From the NCBI GenBank assembly GCA_040285855.1, contig JAUFOQ010000016.1, forward strand, positions 2,976,001 to 3,040,000: 64,000 nucleotides of DNA, written 5' to 3'. Below the pieces are notes generated by a model, which saw only the letters and a list, made by a program, of their open reading frames with translations, made no database searches and was not told where the DNA came from. Of the stretch, positions 1 to 11,785 are shown one piece after another (within the stretch, counting starts at the first letter, position 1; every line of letters starts with the position of its first letter). The translations under genes were made by a program, and so were the position numbers. This DNA is from Eukaryota sp. GEM-RC1. Lineage: Eukaryota.

Positions 1-1
1 C

Positions 2-1648
2 TTTGGTGGTCAAACCCTACACTCTCTCTTTGGTTATAATTTTATCCGTAATGAAAAACCAATAGCTGATGTCATTCGCTCTATGCCTTCAAGTGTTAAG
101 TCTGTTTTACGAACTATTAGTGCCCGAAATTCAATGCTTGTTATTGATGAAATTTCAATGTTGACTGCTGAACTATTCAACAGAGCATCTGATATATTTA
201 AAGATTTACTAAAGTCTCAGTTACCATTTGGTGGTCTTCAAGTTGTAATTTTTGGTGATTTTTTGCAACTTGCACCAATTGTAAAGTCTGACTCAAACAC
301 ACGTACTGTTCTTCAACTTTCAGACTTTACGTTTTCATCACAGTCTTGGAAGGACTTGAATTTAAATTTTATTGAATTATCTGGAAGTATCCGCCAACAA
401 AATGATGTCAATTTTTATAATTTTTTGAATGAACTACGTCTCGGACTTTTTGATGACTATATGAAACATATTTTATTGAAACATAAGTCACTAGCCAAAA
501 ATATTGAAAGTCCAACCAAATTATTTGCTAGAAACAAGGATGTCGCCGACGAAAATTTAAAGCAATTTGATATATTATGTGAACAAGGCAATGAAAATGT
601 TGAATTTCATTCCAATGAAACCTTAATTAAATCAGAAATTGGTAAAAGTTGGGCATTTGGTAAGCCTAATGAGGAACAAATGGAAAAGGCTGTTGGTTTA
701 AATTTAAAAAAATTATCAAGTAGGCTAAACGATTTTGCCGAACAAAAATTTCACTGTGTCGTCGGGGGTTTGGTAATGTTTACCCAAAACAAACCAGATC
801 TGGGCCTAGTAAATGGGTCAAAAGGCAAAATTATTGATTTTTCAGAGACTTCACATTTCATTAATGTAAGATTCGGGAGGGACGAAGAACCAATCAAAAT
901 TATTCCGACTAAATTTGAAATTGAGGTGTTGAATGAGAAGAAAAAGCCTGTAATTATAGCTTCCGGATTGCAATATCCTCTTCGTCCTTGTTGGGCAATA
1001 ACAGTCCATAGATCTCAGGGACTAACAATTGAAGGAATTGAAGTTTCATTAAATTTTTGGGAATATGCCCAATTGTACGTTACATTGAGTAGGGTGAAGA
1101 ACTGGAACTCAATTAAAATTTTAGATATTTCTTCTAGATTTCCCAAACCAAGAATTGATCTTTATCAGTGGTATTATTCCACTTTTCACCCCTGTCGACC
1201 GGTTACTAAACCTCTTTATCCTTTGCCATTAGAAGATGAAAGAATTGTTAGAAATTGGCCTTCTGTGTTGAAAACTTTTGATGAATTTTCGTCCAATATT
1301 ATTTCTATTGTTGGTGAAAGTATGGAAACTGTTGATGTTCTTGATCCAGTCAATGAAGAAATTGAGGAAGATTTGGTGGAAGATGTTCCAAAAATTCAAA
1401 ATTTAAATACCACTTCTGATTCAGTTTTAGAATTGTTCGATAATGAAGTTGTTGTCTCTGGAAGTGATAGTGGAGATGATGAAACTGATGATGATGACGA
1501 TGCGTCGTCCAGTATGAATGATTTTGTTGTGAATGATGACGATGAGTGTCTCAATAATCAAAGTGTAAGTGCCATCAATTCTGATTTTATTTTTAACAAA
1601 CCTGTGCCAAAACTGAAAAAACAACAGTCACTACTTTGCCTAAATTGA
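2..1648 (+). CDS. PIF1-family 5'-3' DNA helicase (5' end outside window), acidic C-terminal tail
   Basis: Frame open from base 2: FGGQTLHSLFG, LVIDEISML, FGGLQVVIFGDFLQLAPI, GLVNGSKG, QYPLRPCWAITVHRSQGLTI, QLYVTLSRV are PIF1 motifs. Confidence 0.93.
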   Translation, partial: FGGQTLHSLFGYNFIRNEKPIADVIRSMPSSVKSVLRTISARNSMLVIDEISMLTAELFNRASDIFKDLLKSQLPFGGLQVVIFGDFLQLAPIVKSDSNTRTVLQLSDFTFSSQSWKDLNLNFIELSGSIRQQNDVNFYNFLNELRLGLFDDYMKHILLKHKSLAKNIESPTKLFARNKDVADENLKQFDILCEQGNENVEFHSNETLIKSEIGKSWAFGKPNEEQMEKAVGLNLKKLSSRLNDFAEQKFHCVVGGLVMFTQNKPDLGLVNGSKGKIIDFSETSHFINVRFGRDEEPIKIIPTKFEIEVLNEKKKPVIIASGLQYPLRPCWAITVHRSQGLTIEGIEVSLNFWEYAQLYVTLSRVKNWNSIKILDISSRFPKPRIDLYQWYYSTFHPCRPVTKPLYPLPLEDERIVRNWPSVLKTFDEFSSNIISIVGESMETVDVLDPVNEEIEEDLVEDVPKIQNLNTTSDSVLELFDNEVVVSGSDSGDDETDDDDDASSSMNDFVVNDDDECLNNQSVSAINSDFIFNKPVPKLKKQQSLLCLN

Positions 1649-1796
1649 GACCAAATCTATTGTCTCGAAATACTCTCAAACCCAATTTGAATTTACCTAG
1701 TTTGAAATTATCAAAAAAGTTACAGATCATGAGGACACTGAATCTATCAACAGAATAACAAATTCACTTGGTCTTCAGACAGACTTTGAAAACAAC

Positions 1797-2207
1797 TTGA
1801 ACAATACTCATAGTATTGGAATGCAGACAGAAACAAAGGTTCTTACATCTGTCCACAACATTGTACCACTACACTGGAACCATAGTGATACAACACCAAA
1901 CAGTCTTTCAAATATGAAATTGAAACTGCAATTGTTAAAAGATTTAAATTTATTGATGGCCAAAATTTTGAGTTTTCATTTGAATGATAGGGACAAGTAC
2001 TTTAATGTGTTGTCGTTGACCAATACTTTTATTGTGTCGATACTAGATTTAAATGATGAATTGGCTTGTGATGAACAGTGTTTAGGAATATTGGAGGAAT
2101 TTCGTGAAGTGATGTGTGAGTATTGTTGTGGGATTGGATATAAGGAGTCGTTTTCGGTGGCTGTGATGTTTGCGAGGGTGATGGGGGGATATAGTAGTGA
2201 TAGTTAA
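1797..2207 (+). CDS. hypothetical protein
   Basis: 136-aa ORF downstream of PIF1, no recognisable motif. Confidence 0.35.
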   Translation: MNNTHSIGMQTETKVLTSVHNIVPLHWNHSDTTPNSLSNMKLKLQLLKDLNLLMAKILSFHLNDRDKYFNVLSLTNTFIVSILDLNDELACDEQCLGILEEFREVMCEYCCGIGYKESFSVAVMFARVMGGYSSDS

Positions 2208-2295
2208 GTTTGATAAACTGTGATTGTATATTTTATTGGTTGTGTTTAAAAAAAATATCAATGTCAACAATTCATTACACATACGAACGACACTT

Positions 2296-2554
2296 TCATT
2301 ACAAATGTTGTATCACCAAATGTTGTCATTACAAATGTTGTATCACCAAATGTTGTAGTTACAAATGTTGTAGTTACAAATGTTGTATCACCAAATGTTG
2401 TCATTACAAATGTTGTATCACCAAATGTTGTAGTTACAAATGTTGTATCACCAAATGTTGTCATTACAAATGTTGTAGTTACAAATGTTGTATCACCAAA
2501 TGTTGTAGTTACAAATGTTGAATCACCAAATGTTGTCATTACAAATGTTGTCAT
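2296..2554. repeat. 15-bp-period minisatellite, 17 copies of CAAATGTTG with variable 6-bp spacers
   Basis: Invariant core CAAATGTTG separated by TATCAC, TCATTA, TAGTTA or AATCAC. Confidence 0.97.
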
Positions 2555-2659
2555 ATAGGACTTTTTTAACAAATTGGCAGATCCTGCTCCGACAGTATTA
2601 TCTGAAGGTATTGGACGTAATCTGTCCAATACAGATAATGATCCAAACAGTCATAATAT

Positions 2660-3160
2660 TTAAAACTTATAGTGTTGAGTACAACTAAATTTATAAACTC
2701 CATTGAATACTAATAGAATCTCACAAAAACTTCTTAAACTAGTCCAGATTTGACGAAGCCACCGTGAGATAGTGGACTGAGAAACACAGTAGAAACTGCT
2801 GAGTTCGTCTTGAGATGTGCGTAAAAATTGATAAGCTACACAACATCGAACAGTTGTGTCTTCAGAAGCATGTGCTTTAAGTGATTGAAGTTCTTGTAAA
2901 CTTTTCAGGGTGTCGAGGTCATCAAAAGAACGTGGCATTGGGTTCAGAAACTTGCAGGCCAATCTTATAAGTTTCCAACATGGAGAATTCGTGGAGTTCC
3001 CAAATAGGTAGGAAATGGCGAGAAGTGCAAGCAGAGCATTTACAGAACAATAAAGATGACGCGTATGTATGTTTGGCTGGAATTGTGATGTCTTGATGTC
3101 GTCAGTGAAATAATTGTCAACGAAGATACGCAGAAGAGACACTAGTTGTTTATTATACAA
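2660..3160 (-). CDS. helix-turn-helix protein, possibly transposase-derived (truncated)
   Basis: SQDELSSFYCVSQSTISRW resembles the HTH of DDE transposases; no ATG start and no catalytic domain seen. Confidence 0.45.
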   Translation of the reverse strand: MYNKQLVSLLRIFVDNYFTDDIKTSQFQPNIHTRHLYCSVNALLALLAISYLFGNSTNSPCWKLIRLACKFLNPMPRSFDDLDTLKSLQELQSLKAHASEDTTVRCCVAYQFLRTSQDELSSFYCVSQSTISRWLRQIWTSLRSFCEILLVFNGVYKFSCTQHYKF

Positions 3161-3478
3161 GAAAGAGAATCAAAGACGAAGGAGTAACAATGTCTACGAG
3201 GAGATATTGGCATTTAACATTTGTATCGGCTATACGTCGTCAGCAAATGTCACTAGCATTCGGTTTGGGGAGTCACAGAGCTCTAAAAGAACGAGAAGTA
3301 CCAGAGTGTGGCTTCGTTGTGGATATGAGTTTGGATGATGAAAATGTGGATGTGGATGTGGATTTTATTCACACTGAAAGCAAAACACAGCTGCACATCT
3401 GATGTCATCATGTGACACACGTCACATCTCTAACTTACTGCTTAAACTTCCAAAACTTTTCTATTCTTCACCCTGAAA

Positions 3479-4447
3479 ATGATCTGGTCCAATCCGCGTG
3501 GTAAGGTTTTCTCCAATGCTTCAGAATGTATTGGATCTACACCGATGGTAGATCTTCATAGATACTCTGCCATCAATGAATGTCAAGGTCTCATCTGTGC
3601 CAAACTTGAGTTTTTGAATCCCGGATTGTCAGTTAAAGATCGCATCGCCAAATCCATGATCCTTTCAGCTCTCGAAGATGGAAGCCTCACAAAGGAGTCT
3701 GTTGTCATTGAGGCAACCTCTGGCAATACCGGCATCGGTCTGGCAATGGTTTGTGCTAGTTTGGGAATTAAATGCCTTTTATGTATGCCTGAGTCCATGT
3801 CAATCGAGAGAAGAAAGATTCTGGATCATTTGGGTGCTGATCTGGTTCTGACGGAAGCTGCTGCTGGTATGAAAGGTGCTATTGCGAAGGCCAATGAACT
3901 CGCTGCTACTGAATACAAACACAACGCGTTCATTCCAAAGCAGTTTGAAAACCCCAACAACCCTCGAGCTCATGCTGAAAGCACTGCCGTCGAAATTCTG
4001 ACTGATTTAGGATCTGAAATTGCTGATGTTTATGCTGTGGTTTGTGGAGTGGGTACTGGTGGTTCTATTACCGGTATTGGACAGGTTTTCAAAGAAGATG
4101 AAAAGACAAAACATATCAAACTCGTTGCTGTTGAGCCCGTTGAAAGTCATGTTCTTTCTGGTGGTAAGCCTGGTCCTCATAAGATCCAAGGAATTGGTGC
4201 TGGCTTTACTCCTGCCGTGTTAAGAACAGAGTTCATTGATACCATCGTCCAAGTTTCCTCTGAAGATGCCGTGACTTATTCCAAAATGGTTGCCCGAGAA
4301 GAAGGCATTCTTGCTGGTATTTCATCAGGAGCGGCATTGAAAGCTGCCATTGAAGTTGCTAAGGCTCCAGAGGCTAAAGGAAAACGAGTTTTGTGTTTGT
4401 TACCTTCTACTAGTGAACGTTATCTGTCGTCAATTTTATTCGAGTAA
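3479..4447 (+). CDS. cysK: cysteine synthase A (O-acetylserine sulfhydrylase)
   Basis: KLEFLNPGLSVKDRIA (PLP lysine), EATSGNTGIGLA, GVGTGGSITG, GPHKIQGIGAGF, ERYLS. Confidence 0.96.
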   Translation: MIWSNPRGKVFSNASECIGSTPMVDLHRYSAINECQGLICAKLEFLNPGLSVKDRIAKSMILSALEDGSLTKESVVIEATSGNTGIGLAMVCASLGIKCLLCMPESMSIERRKILDHLGADLVLTEAAAGMKGAIAKANELAATEYKHNAFIPKQFENPNNPRAHAESTAVEILTDLGSEIADVYAVVCGVGTGGSITGIGQVFKEDEKTKHIKLVAVEPVESHVLSGGKPGPHKIQGIGAGFTPAVLRTEFIDTIVQVSSEDAVTYSKMVAREEGILAGISSGAALKAAIEVAKAPEAKGKRVLCLLPSTSERYLSSILFE

Positions 4448-4753
4448 GAGATTGTAAATCAACCAGTCTAGTTGTGTTTTTAAAGATGGTTGGTACACTC
4501 ATTACACTAACACTTAACGAAAACTTTTGTACACACTTTCAATAAAGTAGTCTCCAAAAACAGAAACGTTCTAGTTTAATTTTGCCCCATATACAGTACA
4601 TTCAGATTCTTGTTTCGAGTATAAATACGCCCGTTTCCTGGTGTTTCCTACTTTCAGCACTCTTCTGGAGAGATAAAAGAAAGTGACAGAATGTCTTCTG
4701 TAAGTACCTTAGTACATTATGACCTTTCAGAATTTAAAATTCAGATTTTTTTA

Positions 4754-6921
4754 ATGGGTGTTCGCGGTTTCCTTGGTTTTGTTAAGAGTCAGTTTTCCCG
4801 TATTGACGATCTGCCATACCTTGAACGAATAAGTATCCACTGGGATAATGAAAAGCCATACTACTTTGCGGTTGATCTGGGAAACTTTAAGTCATCCATC
4901 ATTAGAGAGTTTCTTCCACACTGTTCCTCTGGATTCAGTGCTGCTGATATGATCTACAAGTTGAGACAGCTCTTCTCCAAACTCAAGGAGTGTAACATCT
5001 TCTTCGTCTTTTACATGGAAACCATTTCGAATCAAGATTTTCTACGCAAAACCTCAAACTTAGACGTAATTCACACAGATAAACAGTGCTCCTCTTCATC
5101 TCCTGTCGATGCTAGAGCAAGGGAGACCCGCCCGGCTATTCTCACCTGGATAATCCTCTCGGCTGCACTAGGTGTCAATGACTCTTGCAGTGACCATAAA
5201 AATTGTATCAGAATAGTTGAGGGTGAAGGGGATCCTTTCCTAGCCAATGCTGTCCAAAGAGGAGAGATCGATGCTGTACTCTCTGAAGATTCAGACTTTT
5301 GTATCTTTGAGGGATGTAAGTTGGCTTTGTTACGTAGTAACTGGAACAATTTGTTGAGCCGATTGGACAGAAATTTGCCTGCTGACATCAATGTTTTCGA
5401 CTCAACAAAGTTCAGAGAATATATTGGCATATCTCAACATCAACTGGTTGATTTAGCAACAATGATGGGTTGTGATACAACAAAGCATCTTGTTGAGAGA
5501 CGGAAACTTTCAACAGTTCTGGCTGATTTGTCAAATAATCTAAGACAGTGGAATGAAAAGTTAACATGTAACCCTGATTCATCTCTTGCTGTTCAAGTTA
5601 ACACAGCACGAGATTTCTACGATTCAGTAGAAAGGTCTTGTAAAACTATCCAATGCACCTCTGTTGATGAAGTTGTTCAATTGAAACTCAAATTACAAGC
5701 CCAAATTCCGACAAAAGTCAAAGTAAAGGTGCAACTTTCATCATCTGAAAATGAAAATGAACATTTAAAAGTTAAGAACTTCTCTGCTAAACACTATGTT
5801 ATTCCACTGAATCTAGGTTTACTTGCACTGTCTCTTAAAGATAAACAAAGTGTCATGCAATTTGAACGTCAATTCTATGACCCAGAAACAAAGCAAACTA
5901 CGTGTGATGAGTTTGACTATAACCGCCATCTTCCCTCCTCTCCTCCCACACGTGACTCTAAAGTTTTTTCTCTATTGTACTTTTTGGAGAGCCAATCACG
6001 TCATCAATCGTCTGAAAAAAGCCATGTACCTGATATCCACAACTCCTGGTTTGAAATGCTTGAACATTTGTATATTGAAAGTCCTCTCCTTTATCAAATT
6101 TGTATCTATATTCGTTACTTAAACCAACGCCGTGTCTTTTTTACAACAAAGATCTGAAGAAGAAGGAAGGGTTCTACACCACCGTTTAATTGATATTGTC
6201 CTTGTTGCTTTCGTGTCAGTATTTCCTACCTGTGGAGTTAGAATTGATCTTCCAGTGGTACAATCAGCCGTTAACTTTGATAGATCTGCTATTTGCATTA
6301 CAACGCTGAGTTCTCACAGCAATTGGTTGGCTTATCTAGGTTTCCAGTGATATTAGTGGATTTCTCTCAGTTGTGGACACTCAACTTTTATCATTTCTAA
6401 TGTCACTTCCAGAAATTAATGATTACAAAGACAATGAGAATGTTGAGTCTGCTATAGTAACTGTTTGGAATGCTTTAACTACTGCTATTAAACCTCAGTA
6501 CCTTCAAGAACGTTGTAGAACTCTTTTAAAGTTTGTTGTTGATTTTGCCGTTGTCAACCTCAGTAGTTCTGCTACTGGTTCTTCTCAATTACCCTTGTTT
6601 GAGATTGCGATGTTCCACCATGGATGTTTGAGGATTAAGCTAGGAGAACGACGTAAACTTCTGATCGTTACTGATGACGTGATGGAACAGATCAAAAGTC
6701 AATTAATTAACTACTGCAAATTTTTAATCTCTAAGGATAATTTGTCAATTCCTTATCACGTTGCGGTAAAGTGTTGTGATTTATTGTATCTGAATTACAA
6801 AGTTAATCTGTTCAAACATTTTAATAACACTGAAATGGGATTCCTTCATAATCTTTATCAACGATGGGAGTTGAAGGGGGACTATAACACTTGTAAGCGA
6901 TTCTTTAGTCGTTGTTATTGA
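4754..6921 (+). CDS. XPG/FEN1-superfamily (Asteroid/FAM120-like) PIN nuclease, copy 1; frame breaks at 6137-6142 and 6344-6345
   Basis: N-terminal MGVRG, FAVD, GEGD, LSEDSDF, LATMMGCD (H3TH); downstream ORFs are collinear with copies 2 and 3. Confidence 0.8.
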
Positions 6922-7186
6922 CTAAACCGCTCTTACTGATTTGTGTGTTTGTCGAGTAAATTTAATTTACCAAGGCAAAAATACAAGAAAGTCCAATATT
7001 CATCAAAATCTATTGTTATCGAGACAGAACAGTGTTGATTAATCATAAATTTTCTTCTTCCAGTAAAGCTCATTTCAGGAAGGAGATACAATACCGAATG
7101 AACTCTATACCGATTGTAAATTTAGACCAAAAATAATATCAAAAATATATTTGAAAGATATAGGCCAGATATCGTAACGTTAAGAA

Positions 7187-7540
7187 GAACATGTTTATTC
7201 GGCACCCAATAAGGTAACCTTCCTACAAACTATGAAATTGTAAAAACAAACAAAAAATACTAAGATTAAATCCAAACGACTTCATCACGACCCGGTAAAA
7301 GATTACGTTTTTCAACATTAACCTTCACACCAAACTTGTACAATTTCTCAATTAATCTAGAGAAATAGAAAGGCATATTCCGATATATGGAAAACACTAT
7401 ACGGTTTTTCCATTCAGCCATTCTAAACTTACGCTTCTTTTCTTTACACAATTCTTCGAAATCCTTGAAAAATTGATCACCAGCAGGACTAATAGATCCA
7501 AAAGAGAAACAGCAAAAAGTTGAAACACAAATTTGGAATA
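7187..7540 (-). mobile_element. 3' end of RLE-type non-LTR retrotransposon (family B), 5'-truncated
   Basis: FGSISPAGDQFFKDF...WKNRIVFSIYR; near-identical inverted copy at 11107-11458 and homologue at 34910-35360. Confidence 0.8.
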
Positions 7541-8089
7541 AAATAACGAAACGTTTGTTTAGAATTGGTTTCACTTTTATTACACTAAAACACCTTTTGT
7601 TTACAATTACATATATCTACGAGTGTCCCAATACAAGCATCCTTAAATATTATACAAGGAGACCCTTTACTCTGCTTGTATTCGGACCTTGCTTGTATTG
7701 GAACCCTGCTTGTAATAGGACCTCGACGATAAAGAATGTATCATCAGTATTAACAACGGAGATACCAATACCTCTAATTCATCTTACATTCATATCTCCA
7801 TTCAAAGTGAGGGTTTAAAATGGAATCAGCATAACTAGACAAATGACACATTGCATCTCCAACAACTCATTAAAATTATTTCGCTTTTAATTCATTGCAT
7901 CAGAAAATTAGTCTCAGACAAGCTAAGCAAAAAATAAACACACTATATTGACTAGTTTGTGTGTTCTTGAGGCTGTTCATTCATGGATGAATTCAATTTG
8001 CTAAAGTTGAGCGCTGTTGTTGTACTGGAGACTGTAGAAGAAAATACTGGTATTCAGCTGACGGATCCGTTCCCTGAGTCAGTACCTTG

Positions 8090-8620
8090 TAGAAAATTTT
8101 TAGAATTTGTTGATTTTGCCTTTGTCAACCACCGTTCTTCTCAATTCCTTTTTTAGGCAAATTTATGGAACAAAAACACTAAGATAAACACAAATACTAG
8201 AACTCAATATCATTAAAGCAACAATCAATGCCAGTAAAACTCACATCAGCTTTTTTCTTCATAAAAAACACTGAGAGCTAATAGAGTTTTTGAAATCATG
8301 ATAGGAATTGTTTTAAACATTGTAAAAACAATACAATTCAACCAGAACTTGAAATCAAATTTCTTGTTCATTCTTTTTTGACAACTTTCTCAAAATTAGA
8401 GAGAAATCAAAGAGCATCTCTACCAAGTCGACCATAAATTGAAATCGCAAAGGACATAATTTGTACTCAACATGTCTAATATGTTTGAGAGCAGTCAATG
8501 GTTCATCATATTTGTTTCGCTTGGATTGTTCTGAAAAGAAGTCTCAATTACCATTGTTTGAGATTGCGATGTTTCATCATGGTTGGTTGAGGTTAAACTA
8601 GGAGAACCAACGCAAACCTC
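8090..8620 (+). pseudogene. degenerate C-terminal relic of a fourth PIN-nuclease paralogue, split by a retro insertion
   Basis: 8090-8148 matches copy 1 at about 6510-6590; 8542-8620 matches about 6583-6660. Confidence 0.7.
8149..8541 (-). mobile_element. 5'-truncated RLE non-LTR retrotransposon (family A) with short poly(A) and TSD
   Basis: Minus strand reads KRNKYDEPL...PFAISIYGRLG...FWLN.IVFT...CCFNDIEF*; T6 at 8149-8154; flanked by TCTCAATT at 8139-8146 and 8542-8549. Confidence 0.8.
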
Positions 8621-8692
8621 AGAATCAAGACACACGTGTGTTATTCTGGGAAGAGAATTCTGCATATTTCAATCTTAACAATTTCAATACAA

Positions 8693-10735
8693 ATGGGTGT
8701 TCGCGGTTTCCTCAGTTATCTTAAACATGAGTTTGCACAGAATGATGATCTGCCATATCTTGAACGTATTCGTATCCACTGGGATAATGAAACGCCATAC
8801 TATTTCGCCGTCGATCTCGAGAACTTCAAGTCATCCCTTATCAAAGACTTTCTTCCACACAATTTCTCTGGATTCAGTGCCGCCAACATGATTTTCCAAT
8901 TGAGGCGGTTGTTTTCCACTTTCAGGGACTGCAACATCTTTTTCGTTTTCTACATTGAAACGGGCTCGAATACTGATTTCCTACGGAAAACCTCAAACTT
9001 AGATGTAATTCACACAGATAAACAGTGCTCCTCTTCATCTCCTGTCTATGGTAGATCAAGGGATTTCCGCCCACCGTTTCTCACCTGGATAATCCTCTCA
9101 ACTGCACTAGGCGTCAATGACTCTTGCAGTGACCATAAAAATTCTATCAGAATTGTTGAGGGTGAAGGGGATCCTTTACTAGCCAATGCTGTCCAAAGAG
9201 GAGAGGTCCATGTTGTACTCTCTGAAGATGCAGACTTTTGTATCTTTGAGGGATGTAAGTTGGCTTTGTTACCTGCTAAATGCACCTTTAAAGATGTTAT
9301 GAACCACCTTCAGGACGATTGTGCTGTCAATATCAATGTTTTCGACTCAACAAAGTTCAGAGAACATATTGGCATATCTCAACACCAACTGGTTGATTTA
9401 GCAACAATGATGGGCTGTGATACTACCAAGCATCTCATAGATAACAATGGCCCATGGCTTCAAACAGTCCTCCAAAACTTAGAAGAGAGACTCAATCAAT
9501 GGAATGAAAGGATAGCTGCTGATTCATCTCTTGCTGTTCAAGTCAATGCAGCACGAGAGTTCTATGCTTCAGTTGAAAACTCCTCCCATTTTGAACAATG
9601 TTCCTCCATTGATGACGTCATCCGAAAGAAACTCAAATTCGAATCTCTAGAACCAGCAAATGTTAAAGTGGAATCATCGAACACGCAACAACAGAAAGTA
9701 AAGCACTTCTCCTCAAAGCATTTTCATAAGCCTCTCGAACTGGGTCTATCTGCTGTATCTCTTAAAGATGAAGGAAGAGACATGATATTCTCTATTGTAC
9801 TTTTTGGAGAGCCAATCACGTCATCAATCTTCTGAAAAGAGCCATGTACCTGATATCCACAACTCCTGGTTTGAAATGCTTGAACATTTGTATAATGAAA
9901 GTCCTCTCCTTTATCAAATTTGTATCTATATTCGTTACTTAAACCAACGCCGTGTCTTTTTTACAACAAAGATCTGAAGAAGAAGGAAGGGTTCTACACC
10001 ACCGTTTAATTGATATTGTCCTTGTTGCTTTCGTGTCAGTTTTTCCTACCTGTGGAGTTAGAATTGATCTTCCAGTGGTGCAATCAGCTGTTAACTTTGA
10101 TAGATCTGCTATCTACTTATCTACTCTCAATCTGTACAGCAATTGGTTGGCTTATCTAGGTTTCAGTGATATTAGTGGATTTCTCTCAGTTGTGGACACT
10201 CAACTTTTATCATTTCTAATGTCACTTCCAGAAATTAATCATTACAAAGACAATGAGAATGTTGAGTCTGCTATAGAATCTGTTTGGACTGCTTTAAATA
10301 CTGCTGTTCGGGGTCGGTATATTCATGAAAGTTGTCGAACACTTTTAAAATTTGTTGTTGATTTTGCCTTCGCAGACTTCCAGAGTCCTCTCAATGATTC
10401 TTTCCAGCTACCTTCAATTCAGATTATGATGTTCCATAAAGGCTGTCTGCGGATTACAGATGGTGAACCACTCAAGTTTCTCAAAGTTACTCATGACGTG
10501 ATGGAACAGATCAAAAATCAATTGGTGAAATACTGTAAAGAGCTAATCTCTGAGGATAATGCCACAATTCCTTATCACGTTGCGGTAAAGTGTTGTGATT
10601 TATTGCATCTTCATTATGGTGTTAACCAACTGAGTACTCATTTTGATCCTTCAGAAATGAATTTTCTTTTGACCTCTACAAACAGAAGAACCTTCAGGGT
10701 CGACTGAAAACGTTTTTGACTGCTTTAGTCATATG
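8693..10735 (+). pseudogene. PIN nuclease copy 2 with about 107-bp frameshifting deletion at 9790
   Basis: Same motifs as copy 1; segment equal to 37892-37998 of copy 3 is missing; shared break at 9957-9962. Confidence 0.75.
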
Positions 10736-10924
10736 ATGGATGAACACGGTGAAAAAGTAATTCAAGAAGATGATCAAAACAATGATCAGTCATAAAATAC
10801 ATTATAATACATTTTAAATTTCCATTTTATTATACTTTTGAACTACTATAACGACGGGTGTTGTTTTAATGATACCAAATTATAGTTGCACATGTATAGT
10901 CTATTTGATTTACAATAAACCTAA

Positions 10925-11022
10925 CAAAGCAAAATAAACATTAAAACATGTACAAAAACTAGAACTCAATATCATTAAAGCAACATTCATTGCAATTAAA
11001 ACTAACATCAGCTTTTTCTTCA
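10925..11022 (-). mobile_element. short 3' end of family A non-LTR element
   Basis: ACTAGAACTCAATATCATTAAAGCAAC...CATCAGCTTTTTCTTCA matches 8195-8260. Confidence 0.75.
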
Positions 11023-11106
11023 AACGATGTCATTTGGATTTAGTCCTTGTACTATTGATTAGTTTTTACAATCAAATTTTAAGTAGAAGAATTAAATAGA
11101 AACTCA

Positions 11107-11458
11107 TATTCCAAATTTGTGTTTCAACCTTTTGCTGTTTTTTCTGGATCTATTAGTCCTGCTGGTGATCAATTTTTCAAGGATTTCGAAGAATTGTGTA
11201 AAGAAAAGAAGCGTAAGTTTAGAATGGCTGAATGGAAAAACCGTATAGTGTTTTCCATATATCGCAATATGCCTTTCTATTTCTCTAGATTAATTGAGAA
11301 ATTGTACAAGTTTGGTGTGAAGGTTAATGTTGATAAACGTAATCTTTTACCGGGTGGTGATGAAGTTGTTTGGATTTAATCTTAGTATTTTTTGTTTGTT
11401 TTTACAATTTCGTAGTTTGTAGGAAGGTTACCTTATTCGGTGCCGAATAAACATGTTC
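11107..11458 (+). mobile_element. 3' end of RLE non-LTR retrotransposon (family B)
   Basis: FQPFAVFSGSISPAGDQFFKDF...; reverse complement of 7187-7540; terminal hairpin TTATTCGG-TG-CCGAATAA. Confidence 0.8.
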
Positions 11459-11785
11459 AGTTTTTACAAATTCATACTCATGTAGGAATATTCCACTTTT
11501 TTACCGAATAAAGTCTCTCTGTGGAGCTATTTGACATAAATCACTGCAGTCGGTATACCAGAAACAAATACACATTCAATGTGATGATAAACTACAAAAC
11601 TCAAACGCTTCATCAACATCAGTGAACGAATCCTGTAAGAGGAGTGTTTTAAGAGATAAGAACTACACTTATAGATCTGTCTGACGGTGCAGAAACAGTT
11701 TCCTAAATTCCTTGATTACCATATTGTAGTTTTTGAGTTTTCTATTGAGATTAAATAGATTTATACCAATAAATATTGACTATTG

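Noticed and set aside
2210..2629. Cys-rich and TTFGD-repeat ORFs; CRISPR-like look of the array
   Set aside because: Both ORFs are translations of the 15-bp minisatellite; 6-bp reused spacers and no cas genes rule out CRISPR
4700..4730. 31-nt GTAAGT...TTTCAG intron upstream of PIN copy 1
   Set aside because: Plausible 5' UTR intron but absent from the other copies and not testable here
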